In this document: in pieces, positions 54,825 through 64,000 of the stretch
Layout: each line of letters starts with the position of its first letter
How positions within the stretch are numbered: the stretch's first letter is position 1
Assembly: GCA_047602645.1 (NCBI GenBank)
Contig: JASGGU010000005.1
Coordinates: 1,533-65,532, forward strand
Direction: 5' to 3'
Origin: Lachnospiraceae bacterium
GTDB lineage: Bacteria > Bacillota > Clostridia > Lachnospirales > Lachnospiraceae
DNA length: 64,000 nucleotides
Notes under the pieces: model-generated
Told to the model about the DNA's origin: nothing
Database searches by the model: none
What the model saw: only the letters and a program-made list of their open reading frames with translations
Translations under genes and position numbers: made by a program

Positions 54825-57646
54825 TCCTCCTTTGGAATTTTACTTATTCTTTCGGCGACCTCCGCCAGCACTTCTTTTCCCATGCCTAATCTTGTTCCTA
54901 TTCCGAGAAGGAATGGCAATTTTGCGATTTCAGGCAATGTCATCACTTGAATATCGCCGTCCTCTGTATTTTTCAGCATCGGAATTCTACTATATAAATA
55001 GTCTTTTATTTCCGCATTCAGAATCAGCTGTGCAAGACTATCTTCCATTGAATAGCATGGCCGGAAATCTTTTTTCATTTGATATTCTATGGAATAAGAT
55101 CCTGCATTCAAGCATAATACTTCATTTTTCCGATAATTCCGTTTCTGCTTATTTACCGTAATCATCCCGTTTTCTGCATGAGGAAGAACCAAACGGGCTT
55201 TGGCATCAAATGGAATCTCTAACAGCATCTCTAACGTATCACCTGCAATTTTCCATTCTATTTGATAGGTACCTGCGGATGTCTGCATATTACATTTGAT
55301 ATATCTGATTTTGTAATCTACTCTCGGATGTATTTTTACTATCTTGTAACCCGCGCCATCAGGTTCCGGTTTGATTCCTGCCATATACTCATACATCCAT
55401 CCTATTACGGAGCCGTATGCATAATGGTTCAATGAATTCATACCGGTACTGCTCATACTGCCATCCGGTAAAATAGAATTCCATCTCTCCCACATAGTGG
55501 TAGCCCCCATGGTAATCGGATACAGCCATCCCGGAACTTCTTTGTTGTGTAAAATCTTGAATGCGATATCGTCTCTGCCGATTTCAGAAAGAACAGGCAA
55601 AAAGTATGGTGTTCCCACAAACCCTGTCTGTAATTTATAATTGTCTTTTCGCAATCGTAAAAGCAGCTGTTGTACAAGCACTTCCTTTTTGTCTTCTTCA
55701 AACAGCCCCATATATAACGCGACAATATAGGCGGTTTGTGTATCTAATCTTAATTTTCCGCTTGGAGTGAAATACTCATCACACACTGCCCTCCTGATAC
55801 TGCCGGCCTTGGCTGCGAACACCTTTGCATCCTCTGTTTTACCTAATACCGCTGCCGTATCCGCAAGAATTTTGGTGGAATAATAGAAATAAGCCGAGGA
55901 TATAAAAAATACTTCTGTTCCTCCGGTAGGCATGTAATAATATCCGCCATCAAGTGCCAGCCAATCTCCATAATGAAAACCATTACACCACAGATTCGGA
56001 TTTGTGCCGTACTTTTGGTTCTCCTTATCAATATAGCCGATCCATCCTTTCATACTTTCATACTGGAGGCTCAAAATGGAGGCATCTCCATAGTACTTGT
56101 ACAAATTCCACGGAATAATCGTTGCCGCATCTCCCCAGGCTGCGGAAGTTCTCTCATTACGTCCTACAGACGGCACTATTTGCGGCACCAGTCCATTTGT
56201 ATCCTTTTGTTCCAAACTGATATCATGCAGATACTTTGTAAAAAACGCATAGCACTCCATGTTCATATCTGCGGTTGCCGAAAAGATCTGTGCATCTCCG
56301 GTCCAGCCCATTTTTTCATCTCTTTGCGGACAATCCGACGGAATATCCAAAAAATTCCCTTTCTGGCTCCATAATGCATTTTGATATAATTGATTGATCA
56401 TCGGCTCGCCTGTTTGAATGGTTCCGATGCGGTCAAGGTCTGAATAAACCACCTCTCCCCAAAAATCGTCTATTGAAACATCCTCGACTCCTCTGATGCG
56501 CACATACCGGAAACCAAAAAAAGTAAAGGAAGGACGTATCTCCTTTTCTGTCCCATCTGATAAATACTCAAAACGCGCTTTAGCTGTTCTGTAATTCTCT
56601 CTGTAAAAACAATTATTTTGAAGTACTTCCCCATATTCCAGAACAATCTTATTTCCTTTCGGCAATCGATTACAAAATGCGATCCATCCGACCATGTTCT
56701 GTCCCATATCCAGCACAAGTTCGTCCTTGGGAGTTCTAATAATTTTTTCCGGTTTTTTATGTTCTTTTACTACAATCGGCACGCCTAGTCTTTCTTTGAT
56801 TACCGAAATATTAAAATCACTTTCTTTTACCGTAAATTCCCCGGAAACATCTAACGTATCATCAACTATCTCTCCGTCATAAATATCGCTTTCAATTACC
56901 TTGTTGAAAGACACTTTCCAGCTTGTATCCGTAGAAATAATTTGTTCCGTTCCGTCTTCCGATTCAATATGTATATCCGCGATTAATTCAAATTTCTTAT
57001 TCTCTCGATAAAGCTCATTCTGACGATATCCATACTTTCCTTTATACCAGCCGTCTGCCATAGCAATTTCGACATTATTTTCTCCGATGATGAAAAGATC
57101 TGTAATATCATAGGTTTGATATTGCACATAATGCTGATAAACAGTCAAACCGGGAGTCAATTTTTCCCGTGTAATTTCCATTCCATTCAATAAAACACGA
57201 TACAGACCCAAGCCACACAGATACATCCGCCCGGATTGTGTATGCTGGTCTAATTCAAAGGTCTTTTTGAAAACCGGGGCCTGATTTTCCGGAAGATCCG
57301 GCGTGATACACTTTCCTTGAAAGCCCTCCCCCATCAAACCGCTCTCAAACCATTCCGCTTCGCTTTCTGCAAATTGATCCTGCTCATTCCACACATAGAC
57401 CTTCCAATAATACCGCGTTCTCGGTCTGACAGTAATGTCAATTTTTGTTCCCAGCCCTGATACTTTCTGACTTTTCCCTGTATCAAATATTATTTCTGAA
57501 AAATGCGGATCTTCTGAGACTACAATCCTTGCCATTTTTTGTTCTTTTGAATTTTTATCTTCGACAATGTAAGACGCCATTATCATATCCAGACAATATC
57601 CCATGGGTCTTTCTATATGATTAATTCTCAAATGTTTAATTTTCAT
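54821..57646 (-). CDS. Alpha-L-rhamnosidase, GH78
   Basis: The 941-aa ORF has an N-terminal rhamnosidase-type region (LRINHIERPMGY...YYWKVYVWNE...WFESGL). It also carries the hallmark DCPQRDEKMGWTGDAQIF motif. Confidence 0.88.
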   Translation of the reverse strand: MKIKHLRINHIERPMGYCLDMIMASYIVEDKNSKEQKMARIVVSEDPHFSEIIFDTGKSQKVSGLGTKIDITVRPRTRYYWKVYVWNEQDQFAESEAEWFESGLMGEGFQGKCITPDLPENQAPVFKKTFELDQHTQSGRMYLCGLGLYRVLLNGMEITREKLTPGLTVYQHYVQYQTYDITDLFIIGENNVEIAMADGWYKGKYGYRQNELYRENKKFELIADIHIESEDGTEQIISTDTSWKVSFNKVIESDIYDGEIVDDTLDVSGEFTVKESDFNISVIKERLGVPIVVKEHKKPEKIIRTPKDELVLDMGQNMVGWIAFCNRLPKGNKIVLEYGEVLQNNCFYRENYRTAKARFEYLSDGTEKEIRPSFTFFGFRYVRIRGVEDVSIDDFWGEVVYSDLDRIGTIQTGEPMINQLYQNALWSQKGNFLDIPSDCPQRDEKMGWTGDAQIFSATADMNMECYAFFTKYLHDISLEQKDTNGLVPQIVPSVGRNERTSAAWGDAATIIPWNLYKYYGDASILSLQYESMKGWIGYIDKENQKYGTNPNLWCNGFHYGDWLALDGGYYYMPTGGTEVFFISSAYFYYSTKILADTAAVLGKTEDAKVFAAKAGSIRRAVCDEYFTPSGKLRLDTQTAYIVALYMGLFEEDKKEVLVQQLLLRLRKDNYKLQTGFVGTPYFLPVLSEIGRDDIAFKILHNKEVPGWLYPITMGATTMWERWNSILPDGSMSSTGMNSLNHYAYGSVIGWMYEYMAGIKPEPDGAGYKIVKIHPRVDYKIRYIKCNMQTSAGTYQIEWKIAGDTLEMLLEIPFDAKARLVLPHAENGMITVNKQKRNYRKNEVLCLNAGSYSIEYQMKKDFRPCYSMEDSLAQLILNAEIKDYLYSRIPMLKNTEDGDIQVMTLPEIAKLPFLLGIGTRLGMGKEVLAEVAERISKIPKEE

Positions 57647-57653
57647 AATAACT

Positions 57654-58523
57654 CTACCCTTTCACTCCGCCCGCTGTTAAGGAGGAAACAAAATATTTTT
57701 GCAGGAATAAAAATACCAGATATAACGGAATAACAATCATGCAGATTGCCGCGCACATCAGCGGCCAGTTCGTACCAAATTCGCCCTTAAAGTTCATTAA
57801 ACCTACTGTCAGCGGCAGTCCTTTCGTAGTTGTTATTGTTACGGTTTTTGCCCACATAAGTTCGCCCCAGATAAATGTAAAATTCATAACGATACATGTT
57901 GCAAGAGCTCCCTTCATTAACGGAAGTACTATTTTAAACATGGTCGAAATCTCTCCGGATCCGTCAATTCTTGCTGCTTCCAGCAACTCTTTTGGCACCG
58001 TATCAAAAAAATTCTTAAGGATAACCGTCGTTCCCGGAATGGACCATCCCACATATGCCAGTATAATCGGAATGTACATCATCTTTAAGAAGCCCAGCTT
58101 CGACATCATCATATAAAGAGGGATAATGATTGTTTCCGTAGGAAGCAGCTGAATTGCAAAACACAGCAAAACAATCAATTCCGGATGGGGAATTTTCAAT
58201 CTTGCCAATGCATATGCGGCCATAATTGAGATTGTTTCAATAAAAAGAAGTGAAACAACCGCAATCATGATACTGTTAATAAAGTATTCTCCAATGTGAC
58301 CTTCCGAAAATGCTTTCACATAATTTGTGATTCCGAGTTTCTCCGGAAGCGCCCAGATACTTACATAAAATTCCTGTATTGTTTTAAAGGAAGTCTGTAA
58401 TGAAAAAATAATAGGATAAATCCACACCGCAACCATTAGTATCAATATTACCCGGATAACCACCTTGAAAACCGTTATATCTTTTGCACCCGCGATGTGT
58501 GAGGCTCTGGTTTTAGTATTCAT
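57654..58523 (-). CDS. Carbohydrate ABC transporter permease
   Basis: The 289-aa ORF has an EAA loop (LLEAARIDGSGEISTMFKIVLPLMK). Confidence 0.9.
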   Translation of the reverse strand: MNTKTRASHIAGAKDITVFKVVIRVILILMVAVWIYPIIFSLQTSFKTIQEFYVSIWALPEKLGITNYVKAFSEGHIGEYFINSIMIAVVSLLFIETISIMAAYALARLKIPHPELIVLLCFAIQLLPTETIIIPLYMMMSKLGFLKMMYIPIILAYVGWSIPGTTVILKNFFDTVPKELLEAARIDGSGEISTMFKIVLPLMKGALATCIVMNFTFIWGELMWAKTVTITTTKGLPLTVGLMNFKGEFGTNWPLMCAAICMIVIPLYLVFLFLQKYFVSSLTAGGVKG

Positions 58524-59466
58524 ATTTTTCTCCTCCCAGACTTCTGCGTAAAATAACTAAAATGCAAACTACAATTGCCGCATATACAATACTTACCGAT
58601 GCGGCATATCCATATTTATTGAACATGAATGCCTGTTCAACAATACGAAGCGGCGCTGTTTTAGATATGTCGCCGGGACCGCCTCCCGTCATAGAATAAA
58701 CAATATCATACGTTTTGAAAGCACCCATGACACACATGGAAAGTGCCAGCTGAATTGTCGACTTCACAAGCGGAAGTATAATATATTTTGTTTCTTGTGA
58801 ATATGTGGCTCCATCAAGTTTAGAGGACTCAAACAGGTCGACCGGCAATCCAATAATACCTGTAAAAACAAGCATCATGACAGTTCCGCTGCTTCTCCAT
58901 CCCTGTACGAGACCAATCACAACCAGTACCAACCCCTTTTGCGCCAGCCACGCTCTTTCCAGACTTTCCATCCCGATTGCGCCTAAAATATTATTAAGCA
59001 AGCCCTCATCTGTAGCTAAAACAAAGGTAAATAACAAACCCACGACCGAAAGCGGCAGCATTGCAGGTGAATAAAACACAAATCTGAAAAAAGCGCCTTC
59101 GAATTTTGAGACCCTATAGATCAACAAGGCCAGCATGATTCCCAGGAGCATCGCTGTAAATGTTGCAACTAATGCTATTACAAGTGAATAACCGATTGTT
59201 TTGGTTGTTGCCTTTTCTCCGAATAACTGTATATAATTGCTCAGGCCCGCAAAGCTTATTGAGGCTACGCCATCCCATTTACAGAAGCTGAGCACCAGAT
59301 TCCAGACAACCGGAATTATCGTTGCAAAAACGACCATTACAAGTGCCGGTAAACTAAATAAATATCCTATCGTGCGTAGCTTACGAGTATTCTCGTATGC
59401 CCGGCCTGCCCCTTTCGCCTTGTTTCTATCTTTTTTAGACACAGTATGTATACCGCCTTTCTTCAT
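58513..59466 (-). CDS. Carbohydrate ABC transporter permease
   Basis: EAA loop LFESSKLDGATYSQETKYIILPLVK. I chose the ATG at 59466 because the ORF-track start at 59493 lies inside the strong upstream hairpin. No clear RBS is present. Confidence 0.85.
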   Translation of the reverse strand: MKKGGIHTVSKKDRNKAKGAGRAYENTRKLRTIGYLFSLPALVMVVFATIIPVVWNLVLSFCKWDGVASISFAGLSNYIQLFGEKATTKTIGYSLVIALVATFTAMLLGIMLALLIYRVSKFEGAFFRFVFYSPAMLPLSVVGLLFTFVLATDEGLLNNILGAIGMESLERAWLAQKGLVLVVIGLVQGWRSSGTVMMLVFTGIIGLPVDLFESSKLDGATYSQETKYIILPLVKSTIQLALSMCVMGAFKTYDIVYSMTGGGPGDISKTAPLRIVEQAFMFNKYGYAASVSIVYAAIVVCILVILRRSLGGEKYEY

Positions 59467-59471
59467 CTTGA

Positions 59472-59515
59472 GCAAAAAATGGCCCCAAAACATTTCTTAC
59501 ATGTTTTGGGGCCAT
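59472..59515 (-). terminator. Strong intra-operon terminator/attenuator after the binding-protein gene
   Basis: A perfect 15-bp stem, ATGGCCCCAAAACAT (59479-59493) / ATGTTTTGGGGCCAT (59501-59515), with a 7-nt loop. TTTTTTGC follows on the minus strand. Confidence 0.8.
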
Positions 59516-59533
59516 CCTGCTAATCAAACTCTA

Positions 59534-60841
59534 TTATTCCCCTTTAGCATTCACTCTTAAAGTTTCCAGCTCCTCTAATGCCGACGCACCGTTATAGATA
59601 TAATTGGCAGGCATAGAATTCTGCAGATAATCTGAAAGCTCCGGATCAATGTTTATAATCTCCGTCGGATAGATCTGATCCGAACATCTAGAGATGGATT
59701 CCATAAATATCGTATCAATATCGGCACTTTCAGAGACTTTCATTGTGGGAACCTGTCCTCCCTCTGCTCTGAAAGTTGCAACCTCTTCACTTGTCAAATA
59801 CTTCATGGCTTCAACTGCGCCTTCCACATTTTTTGAGGATGTAGGAATAAAATATCCGTCACAGCCGCCCAATAATGGATTCGTCGGGTTAGAGCCCATT
59901 GCCGGATAATCACAAACCATATAATCTGTAATTCCGGTATTATCAATCGTCGTCTTAACTGTTGTTGTCGGGCAAAGTAAAAATCCTACCTTATGTGCCG
60001 TAACGGCTCCGTATGTCTGATCCTGTGTTACGGCAAGAGCTCCGTCTCCCGGATAAAACAGACCTTCGTCAAAAGCAGCTTTAACCTGATCGCATGCCGC
60101 TACAATTTTAGGATCTGTAAATGATACATCACCATTATTCCACACATCCAGTTCAGCATCTGTGCTCCAGGCCTGCATCATTGCATTTCTGGATAACCAG
60201 CATGCATAATCTTCCTGAATACATGCTCCATATGCATCTGAGTTGCTTTCAATCCTTCTGCAGATATCCAAAAACTCATCCCATGTCATCTGTTCTTTGA
60301 TTTCACTGTCCTCAATTCCTGCCGCTCTTGTAACTTCCAGATCAACCAGCATTGCCGGATATACCGTTTTATATGCTACATTGTATAACTTTTCATCATA
60401 GGTACCAATATCCAGAACGCCGTCATTGAACGTAGACGCCCATGTTTCATCCATATATTCAGTCAAATCTGTAGCCAAACCGACTGATGTAAAGCTATTC
60501 ATCTGATTCGGCCAATACTGGACAAGATCTATCTGTTCATTTGCTGCAGCTGCCGTCTTTACGGTCTGCTCTACGGATGCCGAATCCCATGTTTTTGTGA
60601 TAATATTATATTTATCACCCAGTTTATCAATTAACATTTGTTCTACAGCATTATTCACATCCCCCGGATTAGTAATCATAACGACTAAATCCTGTTTTTC
60701 ACCAGACGAACTGCTATTTGCTGTTTCCTCGCTTACCTGTGTTTCTCCTGCTGATGCCGTTTCCGTGCTTTCGCTTCCGCACGCACCCAGTGACAAAGCC
60801 ATTGCACCAACCAACAACAGCGACAATAATTTCTTTTTCAT
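59534..60841 (-). CDS. Extracellular solute-binding lipoprotein (sugar ABC)
   Basis: The 435-aa ORF starts MKKKLLSLLLVGAMALSLGACG (lipobox). Confidence 0.9.
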   Translation of the reverse strand: MKKKLLSLLLVGAMALSLGACGSESTETASAGETQVSEETANSSSSGEKQDLVVMITNPGDVNNAVEQMLIDKLGDKYNIITKTWDSASVEQTVKTAAAANEQIDLVQYWPNQMNSFTSVGLATDLTEYMDETWASTFNDGVLDIGTYDEKLYNVAYKTVYPAMLVDLEVTRAAGIEDSEIKEQMTWDEFLDICRRIESNSDAYGACIQEDYACWLSRNAMMQAWSTDAELDVWNNGDVSFTDPKIVAACDQVKAAFDEGLFYPGDGALAVTQDQTYGAVTAHKVGFLLCPTTTVKTTIDNTGITDYMVCDYPAMGSNPTNPLLGGCDGYFIPTSSKNVEGAVEAMKYLTSEEVATFRAEGGQVPTMKVSESADIDTIFMESISRCSDQIYPTEIINIDPELSDYLQNSMPANYIYNGASALEELETLRVNAKGE

Positions 60842-60958
60842 ACATAACCTCCCTATTTTTGTTTGTTCCCTTTCGGTAAATTAATCATAGCAAATTTAAA
60901 GAGCCGGAAATCATGTCACAATTCTACAATTTTATGTAAAATATCAACGCTTTTCCAT

Positions 60959-62482
60959 CTAAATTGATTCCGTTCGATAATAACCTGCACTCTTGCCGGT
61001 TTTCTTCTTAAATGCTCTTGAAAAATACGAATAGCTGCTATATCCGACTCTTTCTGCAATTTCATAGATGGACAAATTTGTCTTTTCCAACAGCCTTAAT
61101 GCTTCCTCCATTCTCGTATCAACGACAAAATCTGTAAAAGGCCTTCCTGTTTCCTTTTTAAATTTAGCGGAAATATAGTTCGGTGATTTTCCAAGTTCAT
61201 CTGCAAGCTTTTCAACACTAACCTGATCAGCATAGTTTTCTTTAATAAAGATACACATTTTCTTTACAATGGGCGAATAACTTTCATAGTTTAAATAATC
61301 CTTCTCCGCACATGTCATAATCAGGTCTTTCAGTTCTTTCATACTATCTTCAAAATGGATTCCGGAGGTCATCGTTTGATACTTCCTATCATAATCAGTA
61401 TCAACTCTTCCCCTTTTTAACAACGAAAAATAAATTTTTTTCAAGAAGCTTTCTACTGATTGCTTCGTATAGCTATGATTCTTAATATCCTCTTCAAGAA
61501 GATTTAAAACAGCTTCCATATTTTCTGTTTTATGATCATCTATGATATCCAAGTATTCTTTCTGCTTCTTTTCCGATAGTTTCTCAATCGTTATCCTTGA
61601 ATTTAAGGCATACATTGTACAATATCCCTTTTCATGATAAAAATTCTGATTCATCGCTTCCTGTGCCTGTGAATATACAATATGAATGTCTTTCAGACCT
61701 TTCACATCCGATATTCCTGTCGTTAATACAACATTTTTCTCTGACAATTCCTTATTTAAATCCTGTATACATTTTTTCATATTGTACTGATTATTAATGT
61801 TTAAGAAGCTCGAATTTTCTCCCTGACAAATACAAATATACTGATTGTCTGTGAGCGGAACTACCCCTCCAAAACCTTCCAGCTTTATTTGCAGGATTTT
61901 CAGCAAATCCTGTGTATTCATGGGTTCCTCAATCTTCCATGATTCTACACGCATCATCGTAATATAGATGTATTTTATATTATGCATATTATACTTTTTC
62001 ATCAGAAGCTCTTTTAATTTATCCGTATTTTCATATGCTTCTCCGGCAGATATGATATGCAAAATAGACTTTTCATACATCTCAAAATACTTAGATTCTT
62101 CGTTTTTTTCTTCTATCAGATTTTTTACTTCGTTCATTATTTTGGCAATGAGTTTCTGTGGCTTCACCGGTTTTAATTCGTATCCGTTTGCCCCTAATTG
62201 CAATGCTTTTTGACAATACTCAAATTCACTATACGCACTAAGAAGAATATATCTGCATTCCAATTTCTTCTTTTTAATCTCTTCCAGAAGCTTCAATCCA
62301 TCCATCCTGGGCATACGAATATCCGCAACAACAATATCCGGATCAAAATCAGAAAAATCTTTATATGCCTCTTCCCCATCCCCATAATCCTTTACATTCT
62401 CAAATCCATAGTTTTCCCAATCTATGCCGTAGCGTATCCCCTCTCTAATCTGCTTATCGTCATCAACAATCATCAGCTTCAT
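60959..62482 (-). CDS. YesN-like response regulator (receiver + AraC-type HTH)
   Basis: The 507-aa ORF starts MKLMIVDDDKQIREG...VVADIRMPRMDG and has a C-terminal AraC HTH. Confidence 0.9.
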   Translation of the reverse strand: MKLMIVDDDKQIREGIRYGIDWENYGFENVKDYGDGEEAYKDFSDFDPDIVVADIRMPRMDGLKLLEEIKKKKLECRYILLSAYSEFEYCQKALQLGANGYELKPVKPQKLIAKIMNEVKNLIEEKNEESKYFEMYEKSILHIISAGEAYENTDKLKELLMKKYNMHNIKYIYITMMRVESWKIEEPMNTQDLLKILQIKLEGFGGVVPLTDNQYICICQGENSSFLNINNQYNMKKCIQDLNKELSEKNVVLTTGISDVKGLKDIHIVYSQAQEAMNQNFYHEKGYCTMYALNSRITIEKLSEKKQKEYLDIIDDHKTENMEAVLNLLEEDIKNHSYTKQSVESFLKKIYFSLLKRGRVDTDYDRKYQTMTSGIHFEDSMKELKDLIMTCAEKDYLNYESYSPIVKKMCIFIKENYADQVSVEKLADELGKSPNYISAKFKKETGRPFTDFVVDTRMEEALRLLEKTNLSIYEIAERVGYSSYSYFSRAFKKKTGKSAGYYRTESI

Positions 62483-62497
62483 TAATTTATGTCCTCC

Positions 62498-64000
62498 TTA
62501 CATTTGCGCTTTCAAACGCAGCCGAACTATCGTACCTATATTTTTTTTACTAAAAAAAGTCAGCCCAAACTCTTCTCCGTATCCCGATTTCAAACGTGCG
62601 TCAATATTTTTAAGCGCAAATGCTTCCTGCTTTGAATTGTCACGCAGCAGTTCCCGAATTTCTTTCTGATCTGCGCCCTTACCGTTATCTATTACCACGA
62701 TTTCTATAATTTCACCCCTTTTTTTGATTCGCAGTTTTATGGTTCCATTCTCTTTTCTTTCTCTTATTCCGTGGGTGATGGCATTTTCAAGTAAGGGTTG
62801 AATAATTAGTTTCGGAATTTTATATAAATAAAGACTCTCATCAACATCCTGTACAAACCGGACCTTATCTCCAAGCTGTGCCTCCCAAATAAATTCATAA
62901 TTTTCCAAAAAGGTCATATCTTCCTGAATGGTTATTAGATTCACACCGCTTTTCAAAATATACCGATAAACATCCGCAAGAGCTTCTAACTGCTCGCTTA
63001 CTATATAATCCTTATTGCGAAAAGAAAGCCAATGAATGGAATCTAACGAATTGTACAAGAAATGAGGATTCATCTGAGATAACAGCATCTCTCTTTCCGC
63101 TTCCTGCGTTTTTATGGTCTGGACATACACCTGTTCAATCAATCTGTTTATATGAACAGTCATATCTTCAAATCCATGTTCGACAATGCCTAATTCATCT
63201 TTGGAAAACTGTCTGTCTTTTAAATTTTCATTTGCAGACTGAAAATCTCCTGCTTTAACTGTTTCTATTCTTTTCGACAAATGATATAACGGTTTTAAAA
63301 TAGTTTTATTTTGTATCCAGGCATATACAATACCGAAAAAGATGCATAGCGCAATCGCGATGATAACAAAAAATATTTGTGTATGATAAGCATTCAGCGG
63401 ATATTCCACCTCGAACAGATACCAGCCGGAATCTCCGCACTTCGAATATAGTACAATATAATTGTTATTGCTACTGTTCATTCTGAAGTATCCATAATCC
63501 CGATCTTTCTGTTCCATGAACTTCTCCCATACTTCTTGTGCAACATTTGTATTCTCGCCATTTTCAGCCATAACATTTCCCATTTCATCCATAATCAGCG
63601 TATTTACTATAACGCTCCCACTCTGATAAGGAATATACAGATTTTGAAGATCTGCATTGTTAATATGAATACTCAGTGATCCGGTGCTTTGCTGCGTAAC
63701 GTAGTTCAGAATTTCTACATAATAAGACAATTCATTTTGATTTTCTTTATTAATACCTTTATAAAAGCTGGTCATATGACTGGGGATCCAAAATGAATGT
63801 TCTTTATCTTCAATGCGTTCCGTATAGTGGGTATCCTCATTTTCTCCAAGATACCGATTTCCTCTCTGTAACAATATCTTCCCGTTTTTACTAATGACAA
63901 TACTGTCACAGCAATCAATAGATTCAACCAGTGCTTTCATTTTTTCTGATACATTTCTGTAATCAATCACTGACGCATTTCCGTCAGATATTGCTCTTAC
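62498..64000 (-). CDS. YesM/LytS-type sensor histidine kinase (N-terminus outside window)
   Basis: H-box QMNPHFLYNSLDSIHWL and a HATPase_c domain. Only one TM segment is visible, and the frame stays open from 63970 to 64000 (VRAISDGNAS...). The true start is therefore beyond the window edge. Confidence 0.88.
   Translation of the reverse strand, partial: VRAISDGNASVIDYRNVSEKMKALVESIDCCDSIVISKNGKILLQRGNRYLGENEDTHYTERIEDKEHSFWIPSHMTSFYKGINKENQNELSYYVEILNYVTQQSTGSLSIHINNADLQNLYIPYQSGSVIVNTLIMDEMGNVMAENGENTNVAQEVWEKFMEQKDRDYGYFRMNSSNNNYIVLYSKCGDSGWYLFEVEYPLNAYHTQIFFVIIAIALCIFFGIVYAWIQNKTILKPLYHLSKRIETVKAGDFQSANENLKDRQFSKDELGIVEHGFEDMTVHINRLIEQVYVQTIKTQEAEREMLLSQMNPHFLYNSLDSIHWLSFRNKDYIVSEQLEALADVYRYILKSGVNLITIQEDMTFLENYEFIWEAQLGDKVRFVQDVDESLYLYKIPKLIIQPLLENAITHGIRERKENGTIKLRIKKRGEIIEIVVIDNGKGADQKEIRELLRDNSKQEAFALKNIDARLKSGYGEEFGLTFFSKKNIGTIVRLRLKAQM

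Noticed and set aside
1-64000. Mobile-element hallmarks (integrase, transposase, recombinase, tRNA-flanked att sites, terminal inverted repeats) around the accessory 25-47 kb stretch.
   Set aside because: None was found in any frame, so I do not call a genomic island or mobile element as a feature. I report only the compositional and scar evidence as a finding.

Overview
This is a 64-kb chromosomal segment from a low-to-medium GC Firmicute. The gene content looks like Clostridia/Lachnospiraceae, but that taxonomic call is inference. I count about 55 real protein-coding genes. I found no rRNA, tRNA or CRISPR array, and no integrase or transposase.

Layout:
- 1-6.4 kb: a four-carbon acid-sugar catabolic cluster (DUF1537 kinase, PdxA-family dehydrogenase, Fe-ADH). 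It sits next to a LivJ-like binding protein and a divergent PrpR-N/sigma-54-activator-like regulator whose AAA+ core looks degenerate.
- 6.6-12.3 kb: an OmpR-type two-component system (TCS) plus an FtsX-type ABC module.
- 12.3-25.2 kb: glycerate kinase and a YesMN-type TCS-controlled glycan utilisation locus. It holds a 1045-aa putative glycoside hydrolase, a sugar ABC system and an IlvD/Edd dehydratase.
- 25.5-34.4 kb: a GC-richer block. An AraC regulator is divergent from two exporter-fold ABC half-transporters and an MFS permease (YbtA/YbtPQX-like order). An MptD/Trep_Strep-type ECF importer follows in the same operon.
- 34.4-35.1 kb: a mosaic scar built from decayed copies of the glycerate kinase and hydrolase genes found earlier in the window.
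- 35.1-47.1 kb: an accessory-looking stretch. It contains HipA/HTH, a DUF4317/DUF3006 pair, two more MptD-type ECF modules, a second AraC, and a WYL-ClbS-GyrI-like operon.
- 47.3-51.9 kb: a second HTH-RR-HK-FtsX module that lacks an ATPase gene.
- 52-64 kb: a second YesMN-controlled locus with a GH78 rhamnosidase, an IlvD/Edd paralog and KdgK.

Most notable signals:
- A conserved inverted repeat, GGTTAGAT-N4-CTAAC, lies at the predicted transcription start of three predicted import operons.
- The WYL-ClbS-GyrI-like operon pairs two cyclopropane-hydrolase families.
- The region contains three divergent ECF modules.
- Several gene relics and deletion scars are present, and one of them rewrites the 3' end of hipA.

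All functional calls come from reading the translations by eye. No database search was possible.
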